A stretch of 62,765 nt of DNA, the filler included, from Aduncisulcus paluster (lineage: Eukaryota), in assembly GCA_024181965.1 (NCBI GenBank). It is 9 parts of 9 records of this genome, joined end to end, with 100 filler letters (N's around TTAATTAATTAA, not from the genome) between each part and the next. Parts side by side here need not be neighbours in the genome. Positions count along the whole stretch, not along the records: positions 14,584 to 37,095 come from BQXS01011237.1; 8 more parts are not named here. One strand, written 5' to 3'. This document shows, piece by piece, positions 21,810-34,944 of the stretch. The notes under the pieces were generated by a model. It was not told where the DNA came from and made no database searches. It was given only the letters and a program-made list of their open reading frames with translations. Numbering within the stretch: position 1 is the first letter of the stretch; each line of letters opens with the position of its first letter. A program made the translations under genes and the position numbers.

Positions 21810-22088
21810 TTTTGTGCTCTAAAAATAGAAATTCTAAAAATAGATTTTTGAAATACGAAACTGCGCTATTCTCGTCATTTTACCAAATAAATTGTCAGAA
21901 TTCTGCATATTACATTGTGTTAAAGTGATTTTTATAAATTTTCAAACAGAGGTTGGAGATGAATTGATTGGGTTATTGAAGACAGAAATAATAAAAAAAA
22001 CTTACGTATTCTCTTATTTCTTGTTGTTTTACACAATTTTGTATTTGTGAATTCTATTTTTAGAAATGCTATTTTTAGAACACGAAAA
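21810..22088. repeat. About 280-bp segment bounded by imperfect ~37-bp inverted repeats built from CTAAAAATAG doublets (MITE-like)
   Basis: TTTTGTGCTCTAAAAATAGAAATTCTAAAAATAG pairs with CTATTTTTAGAAATGCTATTTTTAGAACACGAAAA. The same motif occurs at 21086-21113. Confidence 0.5.
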
Positions 22089-23074
22089 TTATATTTCCAT
22101 GTTTATTCCATAGTTTCACATGTTATTGTGGATTTATAACAATATATCTTCATTCAAAAACATTTTTCACTCATTTTTGTCAGTANNNNNNNNNNNNNNN
22201 NNNNNAAATAAATTGTCAGAATTCTGCATATTACATTGTGTTAAAGTGATTTTTATAAATTTTCAAACAGAGGTTGGAGATGAATTGATTGGGTTATTGA
22301 AGACAGAAATAATAAAAAAAACTTACGTATTCTCTTATTTCTTGTTGTTTTACACAATTTTGTATTTGTGAATTCTATTTTTAGAAATGCTATTTTTAGA
22401 ACACGAAAATTATATTTCCATGTTTATTCCATAGTTTCACATGTTATTGTGGATTTATAACAATATATCTTCATTCAAAAACATTTTTCACTCATTTTTG
22501 TCAGTATCTACTCATCTCGAGTTCTCTCACTCAATAGAAAATCATTACAACATGATGTTGTGCAGCCTACTATTCCACTGACACGGTGACTTCTCAACCT
22601 CAATGGGAGATGTCTCTCGAGATGAGTATCATCTTTTGATATGATGTCATTAGGTTCAAGTTTCGTCAGGTTTCTCAGAGCATCATTCTTAAATATCAAG
22701 AATTATTGGACTGATTCATAAGCAGCCATTGATAAGAAGAACCTGTGAACTTATTTATTAAGATTAAATGAAGTAATTAGCATTTGATGATCGAAAGGGG
22801 ATGGAAAATATTCTTGATCATCCGGAAGTTCCAGCCGTGAAGTAGTTTCAAAAATATGTTGTTCTTTTTCATCAATATCATGTGTATGAACATCCCGAAT
22901 TGTGGAGGATTGATGATCAAGCTCATTCCCACTTTGAGAAAGAATAAGATCGGTTGCCGAAGCATTTCCAACTCTCTCCATTTCCATTTTAATGTGCTGG
23001 ACTGTTTTAATAACCTCTTCATCCTCCTCCTCCTCCTCCTCCTCTTNNNNNNNNNNNNNNNNNNNNCTGTGAAC

Positions 23075-26000
23075 TTATTTATTAAGATTAAATGAAGTAA
23101 TTAGCATTTGATGATCGAAAGGGGATGGAAAATATTCTTGATCATCCGGAAGTTCCAGCCGTGAAGTAGTTTCAAAAATATGTTGTTCTTTTTCATCAAT
23201 ATCATGTGTATGAACATCCCGAATTGTGGAGGATTGATGATCAAGCTCATTCCCACTTTGAGAAAGAATAAGATCGGTTGCCGAAGCATTTCCAACTCTC
23301 TCCATTTCCATTTTAATGTGCTGGACTGTTTTAATAACCTCTTCATCCTCCTCCTCCTCCTCCTCTTCTTCTTCTTCTTTCCCATCTTCCTCTTTCCCAT
23401 CTTCATGGATTCCCTCGAGGTAATTCTCATCGTACGTCCTTCCATAATGATCGAGATCAAACCCTTCCTCTTCCTCTTGTTCTTCCTCTTCTCCATTCTC
23501 TTCCTCTTCCTCTTCTCCATGAATATCTCCAGATGGATCAGTATTTTCCTTTGAATTGGCTTCAATAGCATCCAATTCAGCTTGAACATGCTTCTTTAAA
23601 TTGCTCAGAAACCGTAGTGCCTCTTCTCCTCGTGCTTTTCTACCCATGTCTTCCTGTTTATCCAGTTCAATGTCACGATCATATTGTTTCACCTTTTCAC
23701 TCTTCTCCTGAACTAAACGTTCAATGGATCGTGTGAAAGCTTCAAACTCAGGCGTAGAAACATCTCGAATATTAGGAATATCATCTCCCGAGAGCTTATC
23801 ACCAATTTCCATTTCCATTGCTTCTCCCTCTCCCTCTCCTTCTTCTCCCTCTTCTTCTTGCATGACATTCTGAGGAATTGAGTGTTGTTCATCATGTTCC
23901 ATTCCAAAAATATTGTCAGAGGCGTCAAGAATACCCATCCCATCAATATCTCCAAATATTCCACTTTTAACAATTCCATGGTCCTTCGCATCCTCTCCCT
24001 CTTCTTTCTCTTGAGTGTCATGGTGATCTTGGGAATTCATTATATCTCTCAACTCTTCAGGTAATTTATCGGCCAAATAGCGATCAATCCATTTGTTCGG
24101 ACTTTCAACATCTTCATCACCTTCATCAGGACAGTCTTGTTGAGATGGATCTATTCCACGAGTCACAACATTGGGAGATTCATCACCAAACAAGGATTTA
24201 TCATACAGAATATCTTGCTCCTCTTCTTCCTCTCTTTCCTCTTCTTCCTCCTCCTCATCTTCCTCATCTTCTTTCTTCTCTTCAACTCCTTGGTCATTTC
24301 TAAATGGATTATCCCCAGAGAGTCTTGTCCAATACACCTGAGGGTCTTCAGAACTTGAAGAGGGACTAATTGCACCTGTGCCACGCTCTTTTACAAACAA
24401 AGTTGAAGGAACTGTCAGGGGGGGATTTGTTGAAGATGTAGAATTTGTAGTCATATCCGTATCATTAGGAATATCATCATCGTCACCATTATTCTTACTC
24501 TGGACTTTCTCAAAATCATCTATTTTTATATCCATTTCTTCTTCCATTTCTTCTTCTCTTCCATCCTCTTCTTCTCCGATTGAATAATGAAGAAGAATAT
24601 GTGGAGATGCATCATAATCATCAGTCAGTTCGATAGATCGGTTCGACTGTCCATTTTCTTCATGTTCATCAAGATCTTGTTTATGGTCAAGTTCTTCACC
24701 AAAGCTTTGTTCATCCTCAACTTCAGGATTATCATTAAGGAGATTATCATCGTTAGGGTTCTTTGTATATGGAAATTCTCTTTCGGGGGATATGATTTCA
24801 TCATCATCATCGTTATCACGAATTCTAAATTTAGATTCAGAGTTGAGTTCACCTCTCTCAGATCCAAGAATATTGCCATCTCTGGGTGGATCTGGGGGAA
24901 GCAGGAGGAACGAAGGTATGGAGGAAGGAGATACTAGTAAATGTTGCTTTGAAGATAATAATCCTTCTCTTCCTTCTCCTTCTTCAAGACTGACATCTCT
25001 TGAAGAATTCAGGAGAGAAGCACTTGTCTGTGTGGCAACTCCATGATCATGCTCACAGTCTGCGTATGTCTGTGCTAAACCACTCAGGTCAGCAAAATCC
25101 CTCTCCGATAACCCATATCTATCCTGGAATTCTGCCGTCTCTCGAGATTCTTGTTTGACTTTAAGCATATTAATGGGTTTAATCGCATCCAAGAGACTTT
25201 GTTGTGATGAGAATAGAGATTCTTTCGGTTGAAATGTTGGTAAGGGATTTGATGCAACATCTAGATCTCGTGGAACCGAGGGAATAAGGCTTTTCTTTGT
25301 CTTTCCTCCTTTCAAAGATACTCCATCCTTCTCTCTCTCTTCCTTGCCTTTGTAGTACAGCATAGTACAGTATTCTTTCTTTGTTTTGGGATAATGCATA
25401 GTCGTCATCAAGGCCGTTTCTTCACGTTTAGACACACACGGTCTTGAGTTCTTCTTCAAATCTGATCCATCCTTAGATCCTTTTCTTGAAGAGAGAGGGA
25501 ACTTGGAGCTCTTCTTTGAACTCAAGGGAGCAGGGCGATCACCCCAGCGAGAACCCATCGAGAATCCCTTTGGTCTGACTGTTATATTAGCCCCAGATGT
25601 AGCTGTAACATCATGAGCAACGTGAGCAGAACGTGGACGGCTCAGTGAATCGTGATACATTTTGACATGATGATGCAAAGGACGAGATACATCTGATGAA
25701 GTCTTTGGCCTAGAGTTATTACTGTTTCTCTTGGCATCTTTAAGAGAAGGATGGAGTATCTTTGAAGAAACCGGAAGAACAAATTGATGTGATGGAGAAG
25801 AAATGGTTTTGGGAGATGTGTCAATGGTATTCTGGGAGGTGGATTTTGTATTCTTTCTTCCTCCTTTTTTGTCCCTGGAAGGGAGTCTCATTTGCTTGTA
25901 CGTACGCAGTAGAGCTCTCTCATGGGCTTTCTCCATCTCTTTCTCACGCAACAATTTCCTCTCACGTTCTTTTTGTTCGGCTGCAGCCGAAGCAAAGGAA

Positions 26001-28934
26001 AAGGGTTTCTGAACAGGAGCAGAGAAGGGAGTAGGAGTAAAAATATGCATTGTAGGAGCACTATTAATAGGTTTTGAGAAAGTAATAGGNNNNNNNNNNN
26101 NNNNNNNNNGATGGAGAAGAAATGGTTTTGGGAGATGTGTCAATGGTATTCTGGGAGGTGGATTTTGTATTCTTTCTTCCTCCTTTTTTGTCCCTGGAAG
26201 GGAGTCTCATTTGCTTGTACGTACGCAGTAGAGCTCTCTCATGGGCTTTCTCCATCTCTTTCTCACGCAACAATTTCCTCTCACGTTCTTTTTGTTCGGC
26301 TGCAGCCGAAGCAAAGGAAAAGGGTTTCTGAACAGGAGCAGAGAAGGGAGTAGGAGTAAAAATATGCATTGTAGGAGCACTATTAATAGGTTTTGAGAAA
26401 GTAATAGGCATTGTAGGGTGGACCTTTGTGATATTCTTCTTTTTCTCAGATGAAGTGTTGACAGATACAGATGCGTCAGAAGGAGCAACTGTGGAGTGAA
26501 GATGGTGATGATAAGTGTGTTGTTTCGTGTTTTGTTTAGATGATTTGATCACATGTGACCTCCCACCCTTCGAAGTTATTGAAGATACCTCTTTCTTTGG
26601 TTGTTCCTTCAACCGAGTATGAGCTTTCCCTTTCTTTCCAGATACCCCAGTGCCTACTGCACTCTTATGTCTGGTCGTATGAGAAGAAGAGGAAGAGGAA
26701 GAAGAGGAAGAGGAAGAAGACGAAGAGGAAGAATGATGATGAATAATATTGGATTTCTTTTGTGGTTTTGGTTGTAAGGGTTTGTCTTTCAAAGGTTTTC
26801 TATCATCTTTTGACAATATCTCTTGTCCTTCCTTTCGAGATGTCAATACACCCTCTTTGCACAAGATAGAGGAGTGGGGAGGAGTATCCATATCTACCGT
26901 TCTGGGTGCGACATTATACTCATCGGGCGGAACAATGACCATTCCTTGCTCTAAGTCTTGCTCTAAGTCTTGCTCTAAGTCTTGCTCTAAGTCTTGCTCT
27001 AAAGTGGGTTGGTGAAGCGGAGGAGTGGCTTTAACAATAACTGGACCTGACTTCTTCTTCTCACGGGCTTTCAATTCTTTGTGAATGGGCTTAGGATCTG
27101 TGATAACAGTGTCTTTTGTTCCAATAAATTCATCATACAATGACGATGGATAATCTAAGTATTGCTGTAACACAGATGTTACATCAGTTACAGCAGTTCC
27201 CTTAATTGTGGCATTATGTTTAGTTCCTTTGGTCCTTTTGGTTTCTTTCTCTTTCTTACGTCCATTGGAATCACTTGACAATGCGGTTCTTCTTTTGTTC
27301 TTCATATGCTTTGTAGAAGCTCCAGGTGGAGAAGATTTCACACAAGATACTTTGCTGCTCTCTTGTTTATCTTTTTCTTGAGCATGTTGTTTCTTCTCTC
27401 CTTTCTTCTCTCCTTTCTTCTTCAACATCTTTGCCTGTTCTTTCCCTGCAGCCTTACACAGGATAGATCGAAGAGAAGAAGCTGATACTTGAAGGGAGCC
27501 CTTTGGTTTCTTGTGGGTTCTCTTGTTTCCTACAGATTGCTTTGATACCTTCGACGTATCTTGCTTCAAGGAAGGTGATGTTGATTCTTCGGAGTTGTCA
27601 CCCTGGGCATGTTTCTTGCTCTTTGTTTTAACGGACAAACTCTTCTTAGATTCACTCATCGAGGGTTTTTTCTGTTGTTTTGAAGATGCAGACCCCTTAG
27701 AACCCTTTCCAATGTTAGTCTTCCCTTTCCTTTCCTTTGACTGACTATGGGGCTTGGGTTTAGAATCCTTTTCTTTATACTCAATGCCATTCTTTGTTTC
27801 TTTTAATGCTGGATATAAAGAAGATGAAGAAGCCGAACTGACCTTCTTTTTCTTCGGTTTATCCTTCAATATATCATCAGAAGGTGGCTGGACCAGAGAC
27901 TTATCAGAAGAAGATCTAGAGACATTTTTATCATGACCATCCTTGGATTTCTTGGTCTTTAATGTCTCTTTTGACTTCTTTTTATCAGATTTAACCCGAG
28001 AAGAAGGAGATGTTTCACTATTGTTGGCTTTGGAGTCTTTCTTATTCTTCCTGTGACGGACTTTCTTCGGTTTGGATTGACTTTCATTGACTTGACTTTT
28101 GGTGACTTGACTTTTGATGACTTTTCCTCGACTTAAAGTGTGTTTCTTTTCCTCAATATCGATATCTTCATCCCACAGTAGTTTTCTTCGAGCGCTATCG
28201 ATGGAACCAACTTCTTCTTTTGCATCCTCATCCGATTGAAAGCCACCTTTATCCTCAAATGTTGATAAATTTGATGCAGCATAACCCAAAGACGAGGAAG
28301 AAATTCCTTCAACGGGAAGTTCAAGACGAATCCGAGGAGGAGGCGTCGGTGGAAGTGGAATAGTGAAGTCATCCTTCTTCATAAGCAATTTAATTGCGTG
28401 TCGTCCAAATGTTTTCTCTTTATCAGCAATAAAATGAGCGTTAATTACATCAAGATCACAAATACAACCAATGATAAGCATAGTAGTGTACTCACAGAGC
28501 GAGATAAGTGGATCGCAATGGGACAAAGGAACACCAGCCATGGTTTCTTCTTCAATAGTCTTTAGAGCAAATGATGTAAACTCCACACGATCATCTTCGG
28601 AGAGAGTTGTAAAAAGTAGCTGAACAAACTCACTGGTGACACAGAGAGGGTTATTTCTGATAATTAATGTTTTTAAATGTTTAAGATTAGATAATGCAAG
28701 CAGTACAGAAAATGTGGATATCTTGTTGTGTGAAACATCAAGAAATTGAAGATTAGTGCACATTGAAAGACTAGATAAATCAGAAAATTCATTATTTGAT
28801 AAATTGAGTGCACGGGTAATTGGTAAATATTGATTTTGACCTTCTACTGAGGTTAATGCCTGCGCGCTAAGGTCTATGTGTTCCATACATTGAGATGATT
28901 GGAACACCCCTGGAATTTTTGGTGAATCTTGCAT
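23075..28934 (-). CDS. Very large protein with N-terminal leucine-rich repeats followed by K/S-rich and D/E-rich disordered regions
   Basis: LNLSNNEFSDL..LQFLDVSHNKI..LKTLIIRNNPL are LRRs. ORFs 26064-28934 and 23075-26143 overlap through the duplicated gap flank. LEQD repeat (12-bp unit) at about 26945-27003. Confidence 0.75.
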
Positions 28935-29185
28935 AATGAATTAAATATAATATAATTTTAATAAAATCCAAAATTGGATTTTGTTGTACTTGCAGGAAAA
29001 TAATCCTGAAACCAATGCCGGCTTTGGAAGCGAAATCTAGAGGTGCAATTAAGTATAATGCAACATAAATATATTATCATAAATTTATTTTAATAAAACA
29101 CTTTAATTAAACAAATTTAAAGCAGCAAATAACGTAAGATCCTAAAAATGACAAAATCAACAAGTAACATAAATATTTGTTAATA

Positions 29186-31324
29186 TTAATGTTCGCTATC
29201 CATTTCACCACGATGAATATGCCCATTTTCACTTTCAGATTTGCTCAATTCAGCGAATTCGTCACCCCCTGATTTTGACTTGGCTTCATCAGCTTCTTGT
29301 TCTTCCAATTCTTCCCTATCCATTTTTCTTTCATGTACACTCATAGAATCCCTAATGGAGGCTTCATTGCCGGCTTCACTCTCCGATTGAGACCTGATAT
29401 GGGCAGGAATAACATCAACTTCCTCATCGACTCCGCGATGACGACTCAGATCACCGACTTGTCTATATCTCTCACTAAGACCTTCAATCTTCTCAGCAAG
29501 GGATAAATTTGTCTGTTTAAGGGTTTCGAATGACTCGAGTTTGAGGGCATTGATATCTCCCATTATCTTAAGTTTCTCTTCCAAGACAGCGATCCGGGCC
29601 TCTCTGGCTTCAATCTTCCGATTGAGATCTTCATTGCTCCCAACTAACGTCTCGTTCTTCTCACGTTGCTTGTCCAATTCTTGTTGTACCGTACGCAGTT
29701 CTCCGAGGGCCTTGGAAGTACAGTCATCCTGTTGGGCATATGAACTCACTCTCTCTTCCACCAATCTATGCAATGATTCACGTTCAGCAATGGCCTCAAT
29801 CTTCTCTTGACGAGCAGCATCAAGATCAGTCTTCAGATCACTGATCGTTTGCTTATTCTCAGCAAGCAATTCACGAGCTTCAGTCAAACGACGCTGAGCA
29901 AGCGCAGCATTCACCCGCTCGTCATGAGCACGGGCAGATTTCTCTGTTTCCAGCCTTTGAGCCTTGAGAAGGGCAGAATCCTTTTGTGCCAGAGCCTCTG
30001 CGGTCGCTCTCTTTCCAAGGACTAATTCTTCTCTCAACTGTTTCAAATCACTCTTTAATCCATCAATTTCACGTTTTTGAGTCCTTTCAGTGGCCAATAA
30101 ATGCTGAACTTGGGTTTCAAGCTCCCATTTAGCGTCAGAAAGTTTCTTGAGTTGATCTTCCACCTCAGAGACATGTTCGGTACCTTCCTTGAGTTGTTCC
30201 CGTAACTCGTCGATTGTTACAGTCATCTCAGCAATAGCCTTTTCACGTCTATCGGCAGCAGCCTTTGAAAGAAGACCCTGACGTGCTTCTTTGATATCAA
30301 CACGAAGAGAGGCGATAACCCTCTGCAATTCATTTCCATTGTCTCTCTCTTCTTTTTCTCTCGTTTTTGAGTCATCAAGATCAGTCAGAGCATTTGAAAG
30401 AAGACGATCTTTCTCTTCCACCATTCTATGGGCTCCTTCGGCTTCAATTAAAGATTTCTTCACATCCTCTTCACATTCCTTTTTTAACCTCTCCATCTCT
30501 TCTGCTTTATGTTTTAGAGCCTCAGTAAGAGCAGCATTACGCGAATTTGATGCAGTAAGATCAGTCTGTGTCCTTCTGAGTTCTTCTTCTTTTTGATTGA
30601 ATTTCTTAGTCAACATATCTTCCATTTCGACATATTTATAACGTAATTGTTGAATATGCTCCTCTAATGGGGCAGCAGAAGATAAATTTGGATCTGTAGC
30701 GGGGTTAGCTTCAATGGATTTGTTCTTAACACGAGGGCCTGGCTCGGCAAGTTTTTCCCTAAGCATCCTCCCTTCAAGTTCCAAGAAGTAACATTGCTGT
30801 TGTAGGGTATAAATATATTCCTGTGATATTTGTTCGGGAGCCATTCCTCCAACGGATGGGGCAGCAGCATATGGGGGACGACTACCAGGTTTATATGATG
30901 AAATAGGGAGAGCTGAGCTGGCAGAAGATCCAATCCTATGAGATGATGTGGATGGAATTGATTGTTTATAGCGAGAAATATCATCACCACGTGTTACTGA
31001 CATTCCCCCATACTTGGAGGAACCAGAACTAGAACCCAGTAAAGGAATAGAAGACCCCTCTTTTCTTGATGCCCTAGCTGAAGGAGGGCGTTGGGTGCGT
31101 ATTTTTCTCCAAGGTTGTTGTGTTGTTGAAAGTCTTTTGGAGGTGGCGGATGATGCTACTTTCCCACGTCCTGATGATTTTTCGCCATATTTTCCTGTTG
31201 CAACTCCTGTTAGACCAACTAATAACCCAGTTTCATCTTCTTCTCGAGAGCTACGAGCAGAACTTGGGCGTGACAGACGAGGATTACGTCTAGAATCTCT
31301 TGAACTATATGGAGATTGATACAT
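29186..31324 (-). CDS. Long coiled-coil protein with S/R-rich N-terminus (possibly cytoskeletal or basal-body)
   Basis: 712-aa ORF with extended heptads. Confidence 0.8.
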   Translation of the reverse strand: MYQSPYSSRDSRRNPRLSRPSSARSSREEDETGLLVGLTGVATGKYGEKSSGRGKVASSATSKRLSTTQQPWRKIRTQRPPSARASRKEGSSIPLLGSSSGSSKYGGMSVTRGDDISRYKQSIPSTSSHRIGSSASSALPISSYKPGSRPPYAAAPSVGGMAPEQISQEYIYTLQQQCYFLELEGRMLREKLAEPGPRVKNKSIEANPATDPNLSSAAPLEEHIQQLRYKYVEMEDMLTKKFNQKEEELRRTQTDLTASNSRNAALTEALKHKAEEMERLKKECEEDVKKSLIEAEGAHRMVEEKDRLLSNALTDLDDSKTREKEERDNGNELQRVIASLRVDIKEARQGLLSKAAADRREKAIAEMTVTIDELREQLKEGTEHVSEVEDQLKKLSDAKWELETQVQHLLATERTQKREIDGLKSDLKQLREELVLGKRATAEALAQKDSALLKAQRLETEKSARAHDERVNAALAQRRLTEARELLAENKQTISDLKTDLDAARQEKIEAIAERESLHRLVEERVSSYAQQDDCTSKALGELRTVQQELDKQREKNETLVGSNEDLNRKIEAREARIAVLEEKLKIMGDINALKLESFETLKQTNLSLAEKIEGLSERYRQVGDLSRHRGVDEEVDVIPAHIRSQSESEAGNEASIRDSMSVHERKMDREELEEQEADEAKSKSGGDEFAELSKSESENGHIHRGEMDSEH

Positions 31325-32767
31325 TTAGTGCTATATTGCTTTATATTGATATATTATTATTACTTTAAATAAAATTCCTAATGTTGGATATAATACCGGC
31401 ACGCAAATCCCAAATTTTTGATCGCATTTTTTTTGGCCGTACCCTGATCGTAATAAAGAGCTTTATATTGCAATTTTTGAAAGTTATTTTAATTTTTATG
31501 CAAAAATTTGCAAACAATACTTTCTGATAGGTTAATGAAGAAGTGATAATGTCTTTTGTCTCCTATCTACTTAAATTGTAAATACAATCAAAAAATGATC
31601 CCATTTAGATAATATAAATATATCCATTTATTTATTTTCATCCTTCACATTCCCATTAAAATCATTTCGTCAGCCTCATCAAGGTAGAGTGGGATGACTC
31701 ATCCTAAGGTGATTTGGAGTCAGTAATTCCCCATAAATCTTTTTATTTCATCCTAGAATTTCTTCGTTTTCCAATGATAGGCGACGATCTACGATCAGCA
31801 CTCACACTAGAACAAGCCATGTCAAAGAAATCCTCAACATTAACACAAGAAGAACTCCTACAGTTGGACTCGAAGAAGAAGCACTCTGATCAAAACTTCT
31901 GAGCAGTTTCTCTCTGCATGAACTCAAAAAGTTCTTCATGAAACAAGGAGACTCCTGATAATAATTCTGCCTTAGTATCATCAGAAACAAGGCTCAATAC
32001 AGATATTACATGGACACACGGATAACCATACCTGATAGGATGATGGCAGGTACATCATGTACCGTACATGTCAATGAATTAGCAATTTTACGAACACAAA
32101 AGGGATTCCCCCGGGTCTTGGAGGACCATGGATCGGACTTTCTGTCGTTCCTAAACTCCACAGAAAGAAAAGGTCGTAAATGAAGTACAGGTATAATGAA
32201 AGGATAATGAATTACTAATTGGTTTTTCATGGAGAATTACATGTTCTTTATATGTAATTGCATATAAAACCTTTCGGACTTCAGCTTCTGTGAGCAAATC
32301 TTATTATTGTGTTTCCATTTAGAATAAAGGATTTCATCAACTTCCTCGCCAGGAGATGTAACTTGATATTAATTTTTTTTTCATCATTTCGTTCCAAAAA
32401 AGGATATTCCCTGGATCGAGGCAATTTCCATGTAGAGTGTAATATTGAGTCAATCTGGGACAATAACTTTATAATATGGGGAGAATATATAAGACATAAA
32501 CAAAATAACACAAAATAAAACTATTTCCTCTATATTAGCCAGCCTCACGTCTTCTGCTAAAATTAGATCACTTAGAAAGAACATATATGTTTTTATTTTT
32601 CTTGGTACTTTAAGGTATGCATAATTCAATATTCACTTATTTATGTAATAATTTATTCTTTTCTCACTATATTATTGGTTTTCTTTATTATTTTCTGTCG
32701 TTAAATACCTTGGTTGTCAAATCATTCTATTATCTCATTTAGCTCTCAGTTTGCCGAGTTTTTGATA

Positions 32768-33139
32768 ATGGCCATTGAAAAGAAGCAGTATTCTAAGTCT
32801 AAAACCGACTCTGAGCCTAAGCCCAAGCAGACTCGTTTCCGTATCACCCTTACTTCCCCCAATCTCAAGCGTTTGGAGAAGAGTTGCTCTGAGTTGATCA
32901 ACAACGCCGAGAGAAACCGTGTTCAGAAGCGTGGACCCGTCCGTCTCCCCACCAAACACTTGAAAATCACCACCCGTAAGACTCCTTGTGGTCAGGGTTC
33001 CAAGACCTGGGATCACTTTGAGCTCCGTATTCACAAACGTCTTGTTGACATCACCTGCTCTCTTGCCCAGGCTAGAAAGATCACCAAGATCGGAATGCAC
33101 CCCGGTGTTGATGTTGAGGTTACTGTTCCCCGTAAGTAA
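32768..33139 (+). CDS. RPS20: 40S ribosomal protein S20 (uS10)
   Basis: RITLTS...GPVRLPTKHLKITTRKTPCGQGSKTWDHFELRIHKRLVD...PGVDVEVT. Confidence 0.97.
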   Translation: MAIEKKQYSKSKTDSEPKPKQTRFRITLTSPNLKRLEKSCSELINNAERNRVQKRGPVRLPTKHLKITTRKTPCGQGSKTWDHFELRIHKRLVDITCSLAQARKITKIGMHPGVDVEVTVPRK

Positions 33140-33396
33140 GTTTGATACAGATTCGATGATAAAATAAATTTATCAGTGCCCAATTATTTTTTTTTATGTT
33201 TGATTGTTTTCGGTTATGTTTTCGAATTAGATTCAATACTATTGATCGATAGTATCGAGAATTCAGCATCATCGGGAAAAAGATAATTTATTTAGTTGTT
33301 TGTTATGATTTAATCTGTGATTATTCAGAAAAACATCACATATTGAATTGATCTTTGTTTATACCAGGCTGAGCAACACCAAATGTCTGTAACAAA

Positions 33397-33975
33397 TCAA
33401 TTAAATAACTTCCTTAAAAGAACGATTTGAATTATAGAAACAATAATTATTGCAATCAGAGTCACAAATCCCCATCCGATTACACGACTTTTAGTGGAAT
33501 CTACAACCAAATTCAATTCCTTTTCACGACGTCTCATAAATCTTTGTTGAGATTGAATGTGTCCAATTTCAGTTGATAATTCAAGAATATCCTCTTCCAA
33601 AGGTGTCATTTGACTGGTTCCCTCAACAGCAGAAGAATCTACATTTACGTCTATGGTAACTACTGCAGGAGATCCACTTCCAACAGCCTTATCATAGGTA
33701 AAACAGAATGAATACCGTCCAATATCTTGAATTCCAAAAGCAAAACGACTCTGATCTTCACGTTTTAAGAAAAGAGTTGTTGATTTAGGATCTGTGATTT
33801 CAAATTTCACTGTATCAGAAGGAGCTTTAATTAAATAGGATCCTGACAATTCTGACCCAACAATATCGATGTCATAATAAACACACTCCATCCTGTATGG
33901 ATTAACTTCAAAACGAAGACCATTGACAACAGCCACAAGCAAAAAAAGGATTGGAATGATAGTTAATAGTTTCAT
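33397..33975 (-). CDS. p24/emp24/gp25L (TMED) cargo receptor
   Basis: Signal peptide, GOLD domain with two Cys (MECVY, YSFCF), coiled coil, C-terminal TM helix and LRKLF tail. Confidence 0.9.
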   Translation of the reverse strand: MKLLTIIPILFLLVAVVNGLRFEVNPYRMECVYYDIDIVGSELSGSYLIKAPSDTVKFEITDPKSTTLFLKREDQSRFAFGIQDIGRYSFCFTYDKAVGSGSPAVVTIDVNVDSSAVEGTSQMTPLEEDILELSTEIGHIQSQQRFMRRREKELNLVVDSTKSRVIGWGFVTLIAIIIVSIIQIVLLRKLFN

Positions 33976-34232
33976 TTTTAATTATATATGCTTATTGATT
34001 TGATTGTTGTAAAGCAAAACGATTTACAGAAGTGTTGTGAAATAGACCGCCCAAAAACGAGAGAAAGCTGAATCTGTCACTTCGACGATTTGACTCACAG
34101 AACACGTTATAAAGATGAATTCACATAAAAAGGGGGAAGTATGTTCTATTGTTTATGATTACATTTCTGATATCACTTGTCTTATTTCCATTGTTTTTTC
34201 TTTGTCCTGACAATCAATTTCAGCTCTTCACA

Positions 34233-34759
34233 ATGCCCGTTGTTGATCAACCTGATCATTTTACTGAACCATCTAGGTTTGGAGACATTTATAGAAAATC
34301 TGAATATGCTAAACTTGAGGATACTCTAACCAATGTATGTTTTTATTTTGAAATTCGAATCAATTTATACCATGAACCATTTACTTATATTTGTTTGCTA
34401 TTTTCCATTCAACTACTTCTAATTATTCTTTTGATAATACATCATTCCACATTGTTATCCGTTTATAGGAATTATTCAAAAAATTTTCAGATAGACTTGA
34501 TCGGACTAGAGATGCTTTAGGAGGAGGAGCGGCTCTTGCTATGGAATTAGAGGCAAAATCTGCATTTGAAGCTACAGAATTGACAACCCTTATGAGACCT
34601 ATTGACAAATCCCAATTATCACCCCATATGAAACTTGCCATTGGAATCGAAGAAGACGATTTCGTTGGAGCCGATTTACGAGAGGAAATAACACCAATGG
34701 ATCCTGCTGAAACATGTTTTGTTAGATCAAAGCTTGAGAGATTCCACGGGCTGAAATAA
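34233..34759 (+). CDS. Proteasome maturation factor UMP1/POMP-like; two exons (34233-34334, 34469-34759)
   Basis: A GTATGT..TTTATAG phase-0 intron joins KLEDTLTN to ELFKKFSDRLDRTRDALGGGAALAMELEAKS...LAIGIEEDDF, which is UMP1-like. Confidence 0.6.
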
Positions 34760-34944
34760 AATATTTCCTATTAATATTTGATCATTATATATATTAAAAA
34801 AACAAAATCCAGTAAACATATAACAAATTTATTTGATAATACCGCTCACAAGCACCAATCATTAAGAAAAGAATCAATCACGATTTTCTCGGATTCATAA
34901 AGGAAAATTCCCTTTTTTCCCGCAAATTTTTGTTTAAAATAACC

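Larger units (their letters stand above)
17387..26109. other. Six 20-N scaffold gaps (17387, 18472, 18958, 22186, 23047, 26090) with duplicated flanking sequence; misassembly
   Basis: For example 17130-17386 repeats at 17407-17663, 18978-19150 at 18299-18471 and 25790-26089 at 26110-26409; 18492-18957 copies sequence from about 21779-22566. Confidence 0.9.

Noticed and set aside
17130..26409. Apparent segmental duplications or scrambled Sin3 and LRR genes (rearrangement or trans-splicing)
   Set aside because: Every duplicate abuts a 20-N gap and is essentially identical to nearby sequence, which is typical of unmerged scaffold overlaps.
31714..32518. Short ORFs between the coiled-coil gene and RPS20 (similarly 20773-21000, 44609-45460 and 48240-48525)
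   Set aside because: They look like decayed coding sequence, but no family motif could be supported.
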